Source: Candidatus Micrarchaeota archaeon (GTDB taxonomy: Archaea > Micrarchaeota > Micrarchaeia > Anstonellales > Bilamarchaeaceae). From it: a stretch of DNA of 64,000 nt. The position numbers and the translations under genes are program-made. Every line of letters starts with the position of its first letter. The first letter of the stretch is position 1. The notes beneath the pieces were generated by a model. That model did no database searches and was not told the origin of the DNA. It saw nothing but the letters and a program-made list of their open reading frames with translations. Location of the stretch: assembly GCA_016932815.1 (NCBI GenBank), contig JAFGCC010000014.1, forward strand, positions 80,129 through 144,128, in the 5' to 3' direction. Shown here piece by piece: positions 26,498-35,033 of the stretch.

Positions 26498-28174
26498 TTA
26501 TTGCTTGCCGGGCATTTCCTTGCCCCGCAAGAATTTCCTTCCGCCTTCTGCATATAGCACACCGGAGATGCTGCCATCATTGTTGAGCACGAATTCCTCC
26601 ACATAAGTGGGGACTGCGGGGGCAAAGAGGTATGCGCCCCAGGCAGATGAGATGGCGGCGCCTATTGCCTTCTCGTTTGCTCCCGTGGAGCAGGAATCGA
26701 GTATTACCCTGGGATTTTCGGCAAAGAGCCCGTGGAGTTTTTTAAGCTCTTCTATGTCCGAGAGGTCCAGCTTGTTTTCTTCAGAGTCTCCAGGGCCCAG
26801 CGCTATGCTGTCTGCTCTGCCATGCCCGCCTATTATGAGCACGCTTATGCCGAAGTACTTTTCCCCGAATTTCCTTGCTTTTTCGTAGAACTCCCCTTCG
26901 GTTTCGGCTTCAAAGATGATGACGTTGTACTTGTTGTGCTTGCCGCCCCCCGTTAGCGGTGAGCGGGTTACCATGTCCCCATAGAAGCCCCCGTTGCGGT
27001 CGGACTTGTTGTTTGCAATTAGGAGGAGGGGGCGGTTGTCCTCTTTTTCCCCGATGTGTTCATATAGGGATTCAAGCTCTTTTTTGGAATACCTTGCGAA
27101 ATACTCAATTCCGTATTCGCGGTAGATTGCCCTGGTTTTCTGCGCGCCTATTGTTTCCTTTGCGTAGGCGAAATTGATGAAGACTTCGCGGTCTTCGAAA
27201 GTTATGCCTGCTGAGAATGCGAGGTCCCTTCCCTCTTCCCACTTGTCCCTGTAATCCGGGAGGCAGCCCATGCCGTATTCTTCGATTAGCGTTTCGGGGC
27301 TATCGAGCAGGGAGAGCAGGACGCGCACCTCCCCTTTTACCGCAGCCTCGCCCTTTTGATCAACGTTCTCCTGGGAAACTGCTTCCTTGAGGGAGTAGAT
27401 GAGGCTTGAGTATGCTGCGGTTTCGGCAAGCTTCTGGAGCTTGTTGAAATCTTTTGTGAAATCCCCTTCTACGAATTTCGCCAGGCCGAATGCCGCATCC
27501 ATTACGGATTTGCGCCTCCTTCCGCAGAGGCGGGAGATTTCGGAGAAGGTTTCGGCCGCTTTTGCGGGGTTTTTCGCAAACGCTTCTGCGAAGGGAATGA
27601 GCGTCCAGAATGCGTATTTGGACTCCGCCCCATACGTGTTGAATATGCTTGCAAATGCCCTGGATACTTCTTCGGGGTTTTTTGAGAATGCCTCTGCGAT
27701 TGGTTCGAGATTGTGGAGGAACATCAATCCCTGGGGGTTGAATGCCTGGGAGGTGTCTTTGCGTGTGGCCTCTGCTATCCTCACTATGGCATCGGTTATC
27801 CTCTTGGGCTCCTTGGAGAATTCATCCTTGAAATGGAGCACCACCTTGAATGCCTCTGCGGGGAGGCCCATTGCGGCTTTTGCCATTCTTGCAAACTCTT
27901 TTGGGTTTGCAACGAGCATTGCTGAGAGGCCTTCGTCCTGGAAGAGTGCGAGGGTTTCTTTTGCTTTGTTGCCCGCAGAAATGCTTATCTGCTCAAGGGC
28001 GTCGGAAACCTTCCTCAGCCTGGATGGCTCCCCGGTTTTTACTACATCCTCTATTAGCTGTTCTGGGACCCGCGGGAGGCTTGCCTCAAGCTGCTCCCTT
28101 ACGTACTCCGCTTCGAGTGCGGGCTTTAATGAAAGCCTGCTCCCTGTTTTCTTGCGGGCACTTTTTTGCACCAT
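26498..28174 (-). CDS. Helical-repeat / caspase-like domain protein, family member D (558 aa, the shortest repeat array)
   Basis: The N-terminus has SRLSLKPALEAEYVREQLE. The C-terminal domain carries ...IIGGHGRADSIALGPG...VILDSCSTGANEKAIG. Confidence 0.85.
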   Translation of the reverse strand: MVQKSARKKTGSRLSLKPALEAEYVREQLEASLPRVPEQLIEDVVKTGEPSRLRKVSDALEQISISAGNKAKETLALFQDEGLSAMLVANPKEFARMAKAAMGLPAEAFKVVLHFKDEFSKEPKRITDAIVRIAEATRKDTSQAFNPQGLMFLHNLEPIAEAFSKNPEEVSRAFASIFNTYGAESKYAFWTLIPFAEAFAKNPAKAAETFSEISRLCGRRRKSVMDAAFGLAKFVEGDFTKDFNKLQKLAETAAYSSLIYSLKEAVSQENVDQKGEAAVKGEVRVLLSLLDSPETLIEEYGMGCLPDYRDKWEEGRDLAFSAGITFEDREVFINFAYAKETIGAQKTRAIYREYGIEYFARYSKKELESLYEHIGEKEDNRPLLLIANNKSDRNGGFYGDMVTRSPLTGGGKHNKYNVIIFEAETEGEFYEKARKFGEKYFGISVLIIGGHGRADSIALGPGDSEENKLDLSDIEELKKLHGLFAENPRVILDSCSTGANEKAIGAAISSAWGAYLFAPAVPTYVEEFVLNNDGSISGVLYAEGGRKFLRGKEMPGKQ

Positions 28175-28207
28175 TTTCGAATCCTCCTAAGGTAAATAGC
28201 TCAGAAA

Positions 28208-28219
28208 GGGTATATAATG
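28208..28219 (-). promoter_or_regulatory. TATA box gggtatataatg upstream of family member D
   Basis: It lies about 35 nt upstream of the ATG at 28174. Confidence 0.45.
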
Positions 28220-28260
28220 CTAACTTCTGCGGGGGCGCTTGCCCTTGAGGGATGCGGGAG

Positions 28261-30147
28261 TCATTCTTTTTCCGCTGCGCGCTTCCCATTTTTGAAATGC
28301 GAGCGCCTAGAATAGTATTGCACGTCCGTTATGCGGCCATCCCCATCCCGGATTACTTCCTTCATGTTGGTTGGGAGCTTGGGCGCAAAAAGCTCTGCTC
28401 CCCAGAGGCGGGAGATTAGGGCGCCTACCGCTTCTTCATTGGCCCCTGTTGAGCAGGAATCGAGGATTACGAGGGCTTCTTTTGCAAAGAGCCCATGCAG
28501 TCCCGCCATCTCGGCTTCGTCGCGGAGGTCCAGGAAGTTCTCTTCCTGCCAGCCCGGGCCGAAGCGGACTGAACCTTCCTCCCCATGCCCGCCAATCCAG
28601 AGCGCGCTTATGCCGAAGTATTTTTGCGAGAATTTTTTTGCCAGCTCGTAGAATTCGTATTCGCTTTCGGCTTCGAAAAAGATTACGTTGTAGTGGCCGT
28701 CTTCGAGCATGGGCTTTCTTACCTTCCTTGAGAGGGAGTGGTAGAATGTCCCGTTGAAATCGTTCTTGTTCTGCGCAATCAGGAGGAGGGGGCGCTCGTC
28801 TGTGCGCTCTCCTATGTGGTCATAGAGGTTTTCGAGTTCCTCCTCGGAATATCTTGCAAAATACTCGATTCCGTATTCCCTGTGGATTGCTTTTGCCTTC
28901 TGTGCGCCTATTGTTTCCTTTGCGTAGGCGAAATTGAGGAAGACTTCCTTGTCTTCGATTGTTACTCCCGCTTCTAATGCGAGCTTCCTCCCCTCCCTCC
29001 ATTGCCCCCTGTATACGGGGAGGGTGCTCAGCTTGTATTCGCTTTCGAGTTTATCCTGGTCATCCAGGGCGGCTACCGTGCCTGCTATTGAGCCTGTATC
29101 CTTCTGCATTATGTGCTTCTCCAGGTGGTAGAGGATATTCGTGTAGGTGGAGGCTTCTGCAAGCTCAAGCGCCCTTGAAGCATCCCTCATAAGGGCATCT
29201 GCGATTTTATCCTCTTTTAGGAGCTCAAAGAACTGCCCCGCCCTCCTGCCGCAGGTTTTGCACATCTGCACGAACATGGCGGAAACCCCTTCGGGGTCCG
29301 CGTAGAAATCTCCCGTGAATTTTTCGAGCGCGTAGAATGCGGCGCCCGCGTGCTCGCCTGCGGCATTGAATATTTCGGATATTGCGCCTGAGAGCATCAG
29401 GGGTTCGCTTGCAAAAAGTTCTGTGAGTAGCGGCATCGGGGCGCCTTTTTTGAGGCTTCCCTTGTTCATTACGTAGAAAGCGTAAGGGGCATTCTTGCCC
29501 CCTGCATTGGCTATTCCGGCTAGTGCGGTTGCATACTTTATGGGGTCTTTTGCGAATTCTTCCCGGATTCCGTTTTTTTCTAGGAACCAGAACATGAAGG
29601 TCTTGTCTTTTAGGCGGGGCGCGCACAGGGCGGAAAACGCATCCATCATCCTATTAGGGCCCCAGGCGAAAGAGGCTGCAACTTCATCCCTTGAGAGGAG
29701 CCGGAAGGCATCATCGGCATCCCCTTTTGCGGCTTTTGCTATCTTTACAAAATACTCTGCCGTTTTCCCGGGACCTGCTTCGAAAACCATCGCGATTGGC
29801 TCTTTTCGGAGCGCCATGAATGCCTGCCTTGCCGCTTCCTTTGCGGCTTTTGCCATTTTTACGAACTCTTCTGGGTTTGCAACGAACATCCTTGCTAAAT
29901 TCTTGTCTGCTAACACGCGGAGGGCGGATTTGGGCTTGCTGCCCGTAGCCTTCGCTATTTTTGAGAGGGAATCGCGGATTTCCCGTATCTTGGAGGTGTC
30001 TCCGCTCTGGGCAACTTCCTTTGAAACGGCATAGGGAACGTAGCCCGCTGCGCCTTTGAGCTGCTCTTCCACATAACTTATTTCGAGTGCGGGCTTTAGG
30101 GAAAGCTTTTCGCTTTTTTCTTGTTTGCGGAGTTGCCTGCCTGCCAT
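28261..30147 (-). CDS. Helical-repeat / caspase-like domain protein, family member E (about 628 aa; alternative upstream ATG at 30171 overlaps the stop of member F as ATGA)
   Basis: MAGRQLRKQEKSEKLSLKPALEISYVEEQLK aligns with the N-termini of members F and G. The C-terminal domain carries ...IGGHGEEGSVRFGPG...VILDSCSTGANEEAVG. There is no separate TATA box; it is probably co-transcribed with F. Confidence 0.8.
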   Translation of the reverse strand: MAGRQLRKQEKSEKLSLKPALEISYVEEQLKGAAGYVPYAVSKEVAQSGDTSKIREIRDSLSKIAKATGSKPKSALRVLADKNLARMFVANPEEFVKMAKAAKEAARQAFMALRKEPIAMVFEAGPGKTAEYFVKIAKAAKGDADDAFRLLSRDEVAASFAWGPNRMMDAFSALCAPRLKDKTFMFWFLEKNGIREEFAKDPIKYATALAGIANAGGKNAPYAFYVMNKGSLKKGAPMPLLTELFASEPLMLSGAISEIFNAAGEHAGAAFYALEKFTGDFYADPEGVSAMFVQMCKTCGRRAGQFFELLKEDKIADALMRDASRALELAEASTYTNILYHLEKHIMQKDTGSIAGTVAALDDQDKLESEYKLSTLPVYRGQWREGRKLALEAGVTIEDKEVFLNFAYAKETIGAQKAKAIHREYGIEYFARYSEEELENLYDHIGERTDERPLLLIAQNKNDFNGTFYHSLSRKVRKPMLEDGHYNVIFFEAESEYEFYELAKKFSQKYFGISALWIGGHGEEGSVRFGPGWQEENFLDLRDEAEMAGLHGLFAKEALVILDSCSTGANEEAVGALISRLWGAELFAPKLPTNMKEVIRDGDGRITDVQYYSRRSHFKNGKRAAEKE

Positions 30148-30167
30148 GTTTATTCCACCTTGGATTT

Positions 30168-32261
30168 TCATTCCTCTTCCGGGCGGGGAATTTCCTGCCC
30201 GTTTTTGAAGCGGATGTTTCCTTCGAAGAATACCGCGCCTTGTATGCGGCCCTCACCATCCAGCACGATTTCCTTTAGTGCGGTAACCTGCCTCGCCGCA
30301 AAGAGGTCTGCGCCCCAGAGCCGCGATATTATTGCGGCTATCCCTTTGCCGTTGGCTCCCGTGGAGCAGGAATCTAGGATTACAAGCGGGTTTTCGGCAA
30401 AGAGGCCGCGGAGCTGCCCCATCTCCTTTTCATCTGTGAAATCAAGGTAACGCTCGTCTCCTTCGCGCGGCCCAAGCTCCATGCTGTCGGAGGTTCCGTG
30501 CGCGCCAATCATCAGGGCGCTTATTCCGAAGTATTTTTCCCCGAATTTCCTTGCCTGCGCGTAGAATTCCTGCTCGGTTTCGGCCTCAAAAAAGATTACG
30601 TTGTAGTGGCCTTTTTCTAGTAGCTGCCCCCTTAGTTCGTGCCTTCCGTAGAAGACTTTTGTGCCATCGGACTTGGGGTAGGCAACCAGGAGGAGGGGGC
30701 GCGCATCCTCCCTCTCCCCTGCGTGCTCGTATAGGTTTTCGAGCTCGTTTTTTGTGTATCTTGCGAAATATTCAATCCCGAATTCGCGGTGGAGCGCGAG
30801 GGTTTTCTTTTTGCCGATTGTGCTTTCTGCGTATGCGAAATTTATGAAAACTTCCTTGTCTTCAATACTGATTCCGGCTTCGCGGGCGAGCTTTTTTCCC
30901 TCCCCCCACTTGTTCTTGTATGCTGCAAGAGTGGGGATTCCCAGTTCCCTGGAGAGTTTTACGGGGTGCTCAAGCATCCCAAGGAGCCTGGAGAGTTCAT
31001 CCTTCTTTATGTCCGCTAATGAATCGAGCTCGCGCACTATCGAAGTATATGCCATTGCGTCTGCAAGCTTTACCGCCCTGCGGATGTCTTCTGCGATGAA
31101 TGCGCTGACTGCTTCCCTGCACAGTAGTGAGTAGAGGCGGTTGGTGTTCCTGCCTGCTATTCCAAATGCCTTTGAGAAGATTTCTGCAAAGCGCTTTGGG
31201 CTTTGCGCAAACGCCCCATCGAAATCCGACAATGCCGCAAACACGTATTTCCTGTCTTCCCCGGTTGCTTCTGCCAGCTTTATGAATGCATCCACTGACT
31301 CTTTTGGGTTCTTTGCGAATGCGTATGCGAAACCCTCAACCGAGAGCAGGGAAACCGCCCCCGCTATTCCTTCCCCCACGCCTTTTGCAAGCCTTGCAAA
31401 CTCTCCAGGGTTTTTGGCAAGGAGGGCGGATACTGCCGGGTTGAGAAGGAGGGCCCCGAATACTTCATCTGCCATGCCGCCCGAAGATTTCCCCATCTGC
31501 ACAAACGCATCGGTAACTGCGCCGGGATTTTTTGAGAATGCTGCTGAGAGCTCTTTTTTCCTGAGAACGGAAAACGCCAGGCCTGCGTTTTCCCCCGTTG
31601 CCTCCCTTATGCGGATGAACGCTTCGGCCACCGCTTCGGGCTCCCTTGCGAATGCGCGGGTGATATCCGTTGTGGCCAGTGCGGCGAACGCTTCCTTGGA
31701 ATAGTAGCCCGCGGATTCTCCCACCCTGGAAATTGAGGATGAGAGGAGTTCCGGGTTTTTGGCAAAAAGCGGGGTTGCCGCCTTGTTCCCAAGAAGCCAG
31801 AATGCGTCTTCTGCGCCAAGGTCTGCTCCGGTTGCCACTTCGGTTAATGCGCGGGAAATCCTTGCCGGGTCTTCTGCGAAGGCTGCTGCCACTTCCTTCC
31901 TGGAGAGAACCAGGAATGCGTCCCTGGAATTCGAGCCTGCGCCCCATATCAGGGATGCGAGGGCGTCCGCGGCCCCGCGCGGATTGCCTGCTAGTGCGCA
32001 CGCTATGCTCTTCCTGCTTAGGATCAATGAGAGTTCATCTGGCCATTCGGATGAAAGATTGGCAAGGCGCGATAGGGCTTCTGCCGCGTGCCCGATTTGC
32101 CGGGGGTTCCTGGATACTTCGGAGACGAGCACTTCGGGGATTTCGATTTCCAAACCAGCACTGCGCACGGCGCCCTCTAGCTGCTCGCGCACGTGGGAAT
32201 GTTCAAGCGACGGGGTTAATGAGAGTTTTTCGCTTTTTTCCCTTTTCTGCTTCATTGCCAT
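30168..32261 (-). CDS. Helical-repeat / caspase-like domain protein, family member F (about 698 aa from MAMKQKREKSEKLSLTPSL)
   Basis: It has the longest repeat array. The C-terminal domain carries ...IGAHGTSDSMELGPREG...VILDSCSTGANGKGIA. A TATA box (gagatataag) lies about 35 nt upstream. Confidence 0.85.
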   Translation of the reverse strand: MAMKQKREKSEKLSLTPSLEHSHVREQLEGAVRSAGLEIEIPEVLVSEVSRNPRQIGHAAEALSRLANLSSEWPDELSLILSRKSIACALAGNPRGAADALASLIWGAGSNSRDAFLVLSRKEVAAAFAEDPARISRALTEVATGADLGAEDAFWLLGNKAATPLFAKNPELLSSSISRVGESAGYYSKEAFAALATTDITRAFAREPEAVAEAFIRIREATGENAGLAFSVLRKKELSAAFSKNPGAVTDAFVQMGKSSGGMADEVFGALLLNPAVSALLAKNPGEFARLAKGVGEGIAGAVSLLSVEGFAYAFAKNPKESVDAFIKLAEATGEDRKYVFAALSDFDGAFAQSPKRFAEIFSKAFGIAGRNTNRLYSLLCREAVSAFIAEDIRRAVKLADAMAYTSIVRELDSLADIKKDELSRLLGMLEHPVKLSRELGIPTLAAYKNKWGEGKKLAREAGISIEDKEVFINFAYAESTIGKKKTLALHREFGIEYFARYTKNELENLYEHAGEREDARPLLLVAYPKSDGTKVFYGRHELRGQLLEKGHYNVIFFEAETEQEFYAQARKFGEKYFGISALMIGAHGTSDSMELGPREGDERYLDFTDEKEMGQLRGLFAENPLVILDSCSTGANGKGIAAIISRLWGADLFAARQVTALKEIVLDGEGRIQGAVFFEGNIRFKNGQEIPRPEEE

Positions 32262-32293
32262 TTTCCTGCGCCCCTGCAATTTAGTGGGGGCAG

Positions 32294-32303
32294 GAGATAT
32301 AAG
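32294..32303 (-). promoter_or_regulatory. TATA box upstream of family member F
   Basis: Sequence gagatataag. Confidence 0.4.
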
Positions 32304-32346
32304 TAGGTTGCGGATTTGATGCCGGAAACCGCCTGCAGGATTGCAG

Positions 32347-34104
32347 TCAGCGCCCAGCCGGCAACTCCTCTCCCTTGTAGAATCTCTTTCCGCCCTCGTT
32401 GTAGGCGGCATCCGTTATCAGGCCCATATCGTCCATGACGAATTCCCTGATGTATGCGGGCACTTCGGGGGAGAGGAGCAGGACTTCCCATGCCTCAGAA
32501 ACTTTCGGCCCTATCGCTTTCTTGCCTTCGCCGGTGGAGCACGAATCCAGTATTACTATGGCACCTTCGGCGAATAGCCCATAAAGGTTCCGGAGTTCAT
32601 CCAGGTCCGAGAGGTCAAGCAGGTTCTCCTCCCTGCTCCCAGGCCCCAGGCGTATGGAGTCCGCACTGCCATGGCCCCCTATTACCAGCACGCTTATGCC
32701 GAAATACTTGTCCGCAAATTTCCTTGTGAACTCATAGAACTCCTGCTCGGTTTCGGCCTCAAAGAAAATGGCATTGTAGCTTTCGGCTGCGATTACCGGG
32801 GCGCGGGTATCTGCTTCGCGGTAGAATGCCCCCGTCTGGTCGCCCTTGTTGCCCGCTACTAACATGAGGGGGCGCGGGTCGCCTTTTTCGCCGATGTGCG
32901 CGTAGAGGGATTCAAGCTCTTCTTTTGTGTATCTTGCGAAATACTCGATTCCGTATTCCTTGTAGATGGCACCGGTTTTTTGCGCTCCGATTGTGTCCTT
33001 TGCGTAGGCGAAATTGATGAAGACTTCGCGGTCTTCACTCGTTACTCCCGCTTTTCTGGCGAGTTTTTTTCCTTGCCGCCATTTGCCCCTATATCCTGCA
33101 AGGCGCGGAATCCCGTATTCGCGGGCTATGTTCTCCGGCTCGTTGAGCATATCCAGCCGTTTGAGGATTTTTTCCTTATCCTTCTCTCCTGCCTCTTCCA
33201 TCCCAAGCAGGAGGGTGGAGTAGGATAGGGCTTCTGCGATTTTTAGGAGCTTGGAGGAATCTGCGGATACTGCCCCGCTGACTGTTTTGTTGGAGAGGAA
33301 GCCGAAGAACGCGGACTTCTTCCTCCCGCATATGCTAGCTGCCTCCAGATAGGTTTCGGTAAAACGCTTCGGGCTTTTGGCAAAAAGCCCCGCGAAATCC
33401 TGCATTCCGAAAAAGTAGGCGCTTGCGCTGTTTCCGGCTTCCTGTGCAATCCTTACGAATGCATCGGTGGTCTCTTCGCTCTTGCCCTCTAATATGGGCG
33501 CATAGCCATTGCGGGTGAGCAGCAAGATGGCCGTGTCCATGGCGGTTCCCGCCGCATGCGCAATGCGGATGAATGATTCGGGCTTTTTGGCGAGGAGGGT
33601 GCGCAAGCCAGAGTCGGTGGAGAGTTCCCTGAATGCCCCGCCCAACGCCGCTTTCGTGGTTCTCCCCAGGGCCACGAAGGCATCCGTGATGGTTTCCATG
33701 TTCGGGGAGAAGGCTAGGGCAATCTCTTTTTCCCCCAGGGCGGCAAATGCGTATCCCGCGTTTTTGCCTGCGGCTTCCCTTATGCGGAGGAACGCTTCCG
33801 CTACTTTTTCCGGCTCCGTTGCGAAGGCCTGGGCGATTTCCGCGCTAGCTAGCGCCGCGAGGGCTTCCTTGGAATACTTCCCCGCGGATTCGGCTATTTT
33901 TGCGAGGGCTTCGGAAACTTCGGCGAGCTTTGCGGGGCTGCGGGTTTTTGAGACCGCGTTGATTAATTCTTCGGGGATTTCGATTGCGGGGCCTCCTTCT
34001 GTGCGCACGGCTTCCTGCAATTGTTTTTGGACATAAGAAGGCTCTATGGAGGGAGTTAGCGAGAGCTTTGCGCTTCCCTCTTTTTCCTTTTGCCTCATTG
34101 CCAT
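32347..34104 (-). CDS. Helical-repeat / caspase-like domain protein, family member G (about 586 aa from MAMRQKEKEGSAKLSLTPSI)
   Basis: The C-terminal domain carries ...IGGHGSADSIRLGPG...VILDSCSTGEGKKAIG. The 100-codon N-terminal extension in the track ORF is unlikely to be real (no conservation, and the TATA box is positioned for the start at 34104). Confidence 0.85.
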   Translation of the reverse strand: MAMRQKEKEGSAKLSLTPSIEPSYVQKQLQEAVRTEGGPAIEIPEELINAVSKTRSPAKLAEVSEALAKIAESAGKYSKEALAALASAEIAQAFATEPEKVAEAFLRIREAAGKNAGYAFAALGEKEIALAFSPNMETITDAFVALGRTTKAALGGAFRELSTDSGLRTLLAKKPESFIRIAHAAGTAMDTAILLLTRNGYAPILEGKSEETTDAFVRIAQEAGNSASAYFFGMQDFAGLFAKSPKRFTETYLEAASICGRKKSAFFGFLSNKTVSGAVSADSSKLLKIAEALSYSTLLLGMEEAGEKDKEKILKRLDMLNEPENIAREYGIPRLAGYRGKWRQGKKLARKAGVTSEDREVFINFAYAKDTIGAQKTGAIYKEYGIEYFARYTKEELESLYAHIGEKGDPRPLMLVAGNKGDQTGAFYREADTRAPVIAAESYNAIFFEAETEQEFYEFTRKFADKYFGISVLVIGGHGSADSIRLGPGSREENLLDLSDLDELRNLYGLFAEGAIVILDSCSTGEGKKAIGPKVSEAWEVLLLSPEVPAYIREFVMDDMGLITDAAYNEGGKRFYKGEELPAGR

Positions 34105-34149
34105 TTGGGACCCCCGTTGCCGGATACGTGCAATTCTTGTGGGGGGAAG

Positions 34150-34162
34150 CATATAAATAAAA
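34150..34162 (-). promoter_or_regulatory. TATA box (catataaataaaa) of family member G
   Basis: It lies about 46 nt upstream of the ATG at 34104, in the divergent region shared with the aIF2-beta promoter (TTTTTAAATG at 34218-34227). Confidence 0.45.
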
Positions 34163-34265
34163 CTGATGGGCGGGGATGCGGATTCATTCGGGAAAGAGGG
34201 CTCCCTCAATAATCCTGTTTTTAAATGTTCTCCCCCCATACTCTTCTGCAAACATATCTGGTGAA

Positions 34266-34670
34266 ATGATGGATTATGATTCCCTTTTGGATAAGGCATA
34301 CGAAGCCCTCCCCGACAAGTCAAAAGGCGGGGAACGCTTCGAGATTCCCTCCCTCGATGCATTCGTGGAGGGGAACAAGACGATAATAAAGAACTTTTCA
34401 AGCGTCCTGCAGAAAATACGCAGGGAGCCTGCGCACATAATCAAGTTCTTCACAAAGGAGTTCGCGGTTCCGGCAACCGAGGAGGGGGACAGGCTGGTCC
34501 TGCATCGGAAGCTCCGCATTGAATTAATCAACAAGAAATTTGATGAGTACGTGAAAAGCTACGTGATTTGCGAGCAGTGCGGAAAGCCGGACACGCACAT
34601 TGAGGATTCCGGGCATCGTTCCAAGATGCTCGTATGCGAGGCATGCGGGGCAAGGACTGCGGTGAAATAG
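34266..34670 (+). CDS. Translation initiation factor aIF2 beta subunit
   Basis: It begins MMDYDSLLDKAYEALPD and ends with the zinc ribbon CEQCGKPDTHI...CEACGA. The start is taken at the internal ATGATG, with a TATA box upstream. Confidence 0.85.
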   Translation: MMDYDSLLDKAYEALPDKSKGGERFEIPSLDAFVEGNKTIIKNFSSVLQKIRREPAHIIKFFTKEFAVPATEEGDRLVLHRKLRIELINKKFDEYVKSYVICEQCGKPDTHIEDSGHRSKMLVCEACGARTAVK

Positions 34671-35033
34671 ATGGCAGCTGGAAGGAAAAAGAAACCCGTG
34701 TTCAGGCCGAGGGGGAACAAGCCCAAGAGGCCTCCGGCACCAGGGGAAGAACAGCCTATTATGAGGGTGAAGCTCCCGAGGCAGGGAGAACTCCTGGGCG
34801 TAGTGACCGGGATTATGGGCGGGGGAAGGATGCTCGTTATCTGCGAGGACGGAAAAGAGAGGATGGGGCGCATACCCGGAAAATTGAAGAGGAGAATCTG
34901 GGTGCGCGAGGGGGATGCCGTGACCATCCGCCCATGGGAAATAGAAGGCGACAAGAAGGGGGACGTTATCTGGAGATACCACCCAAACGAGAGGAAGTGG
35001 CTTAGGGACAAGGGGTATTTGAAGGTAGGATAG
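34671..35033 (+). CDS. Translation initiation factor aIF1A
   Basis: Carries the aIF1A S1-like OB-fold core (GRIPGKLKRRIWVREGDAVTIRPWEIEGDKKGDVIWRY). Confidence 0.9.
   Translation: MAAGRKKKPVFRPRGNKPKRPPAPGEEQPIMRVKLPRQGELLGVVTGIMGGGRMLVICEDGKERMGRIPGKLKRRIWVREGDAVTIRPWEIEGDKKGDVIWRYHPNERKWLRDKGYLKVG

Noticed and set aside
21040-28190. Long plus-strand ORFs antisense to the paralog family (21040..21984, 21056..21766, 23453..24235, 25847..26557, 27399..28190 and others)
   Set aside because: These are mirror-frame artifacts of high-GC, Ala-rich coding repeats. They are Ala/Ser/Arg-rich with low complexity, fully overlap strongly supported minus-strand genes, and are not conserved between paralogs as proteins.
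20100-34104. Possibility that the periodic DNA repeats in this region are a CRISPR array or satellite
   Set aside because: The repeats are 100-bp-scale, imperfect and in-frame coding repeats (protein helical repeats). There are no short exact direct repeats with unique spacers.
32347-34401. 100-codon N-terminal extension of family member G (and the 50-codon extension of F, 32262..32411) in the track ORFs
   Set aside because: The extensions are not conserved among paralogs, are Arg/Pro-rich, and would place the TATA boxes inside the ORF. The conserved MAM(R/K)QKEK start is used instead.
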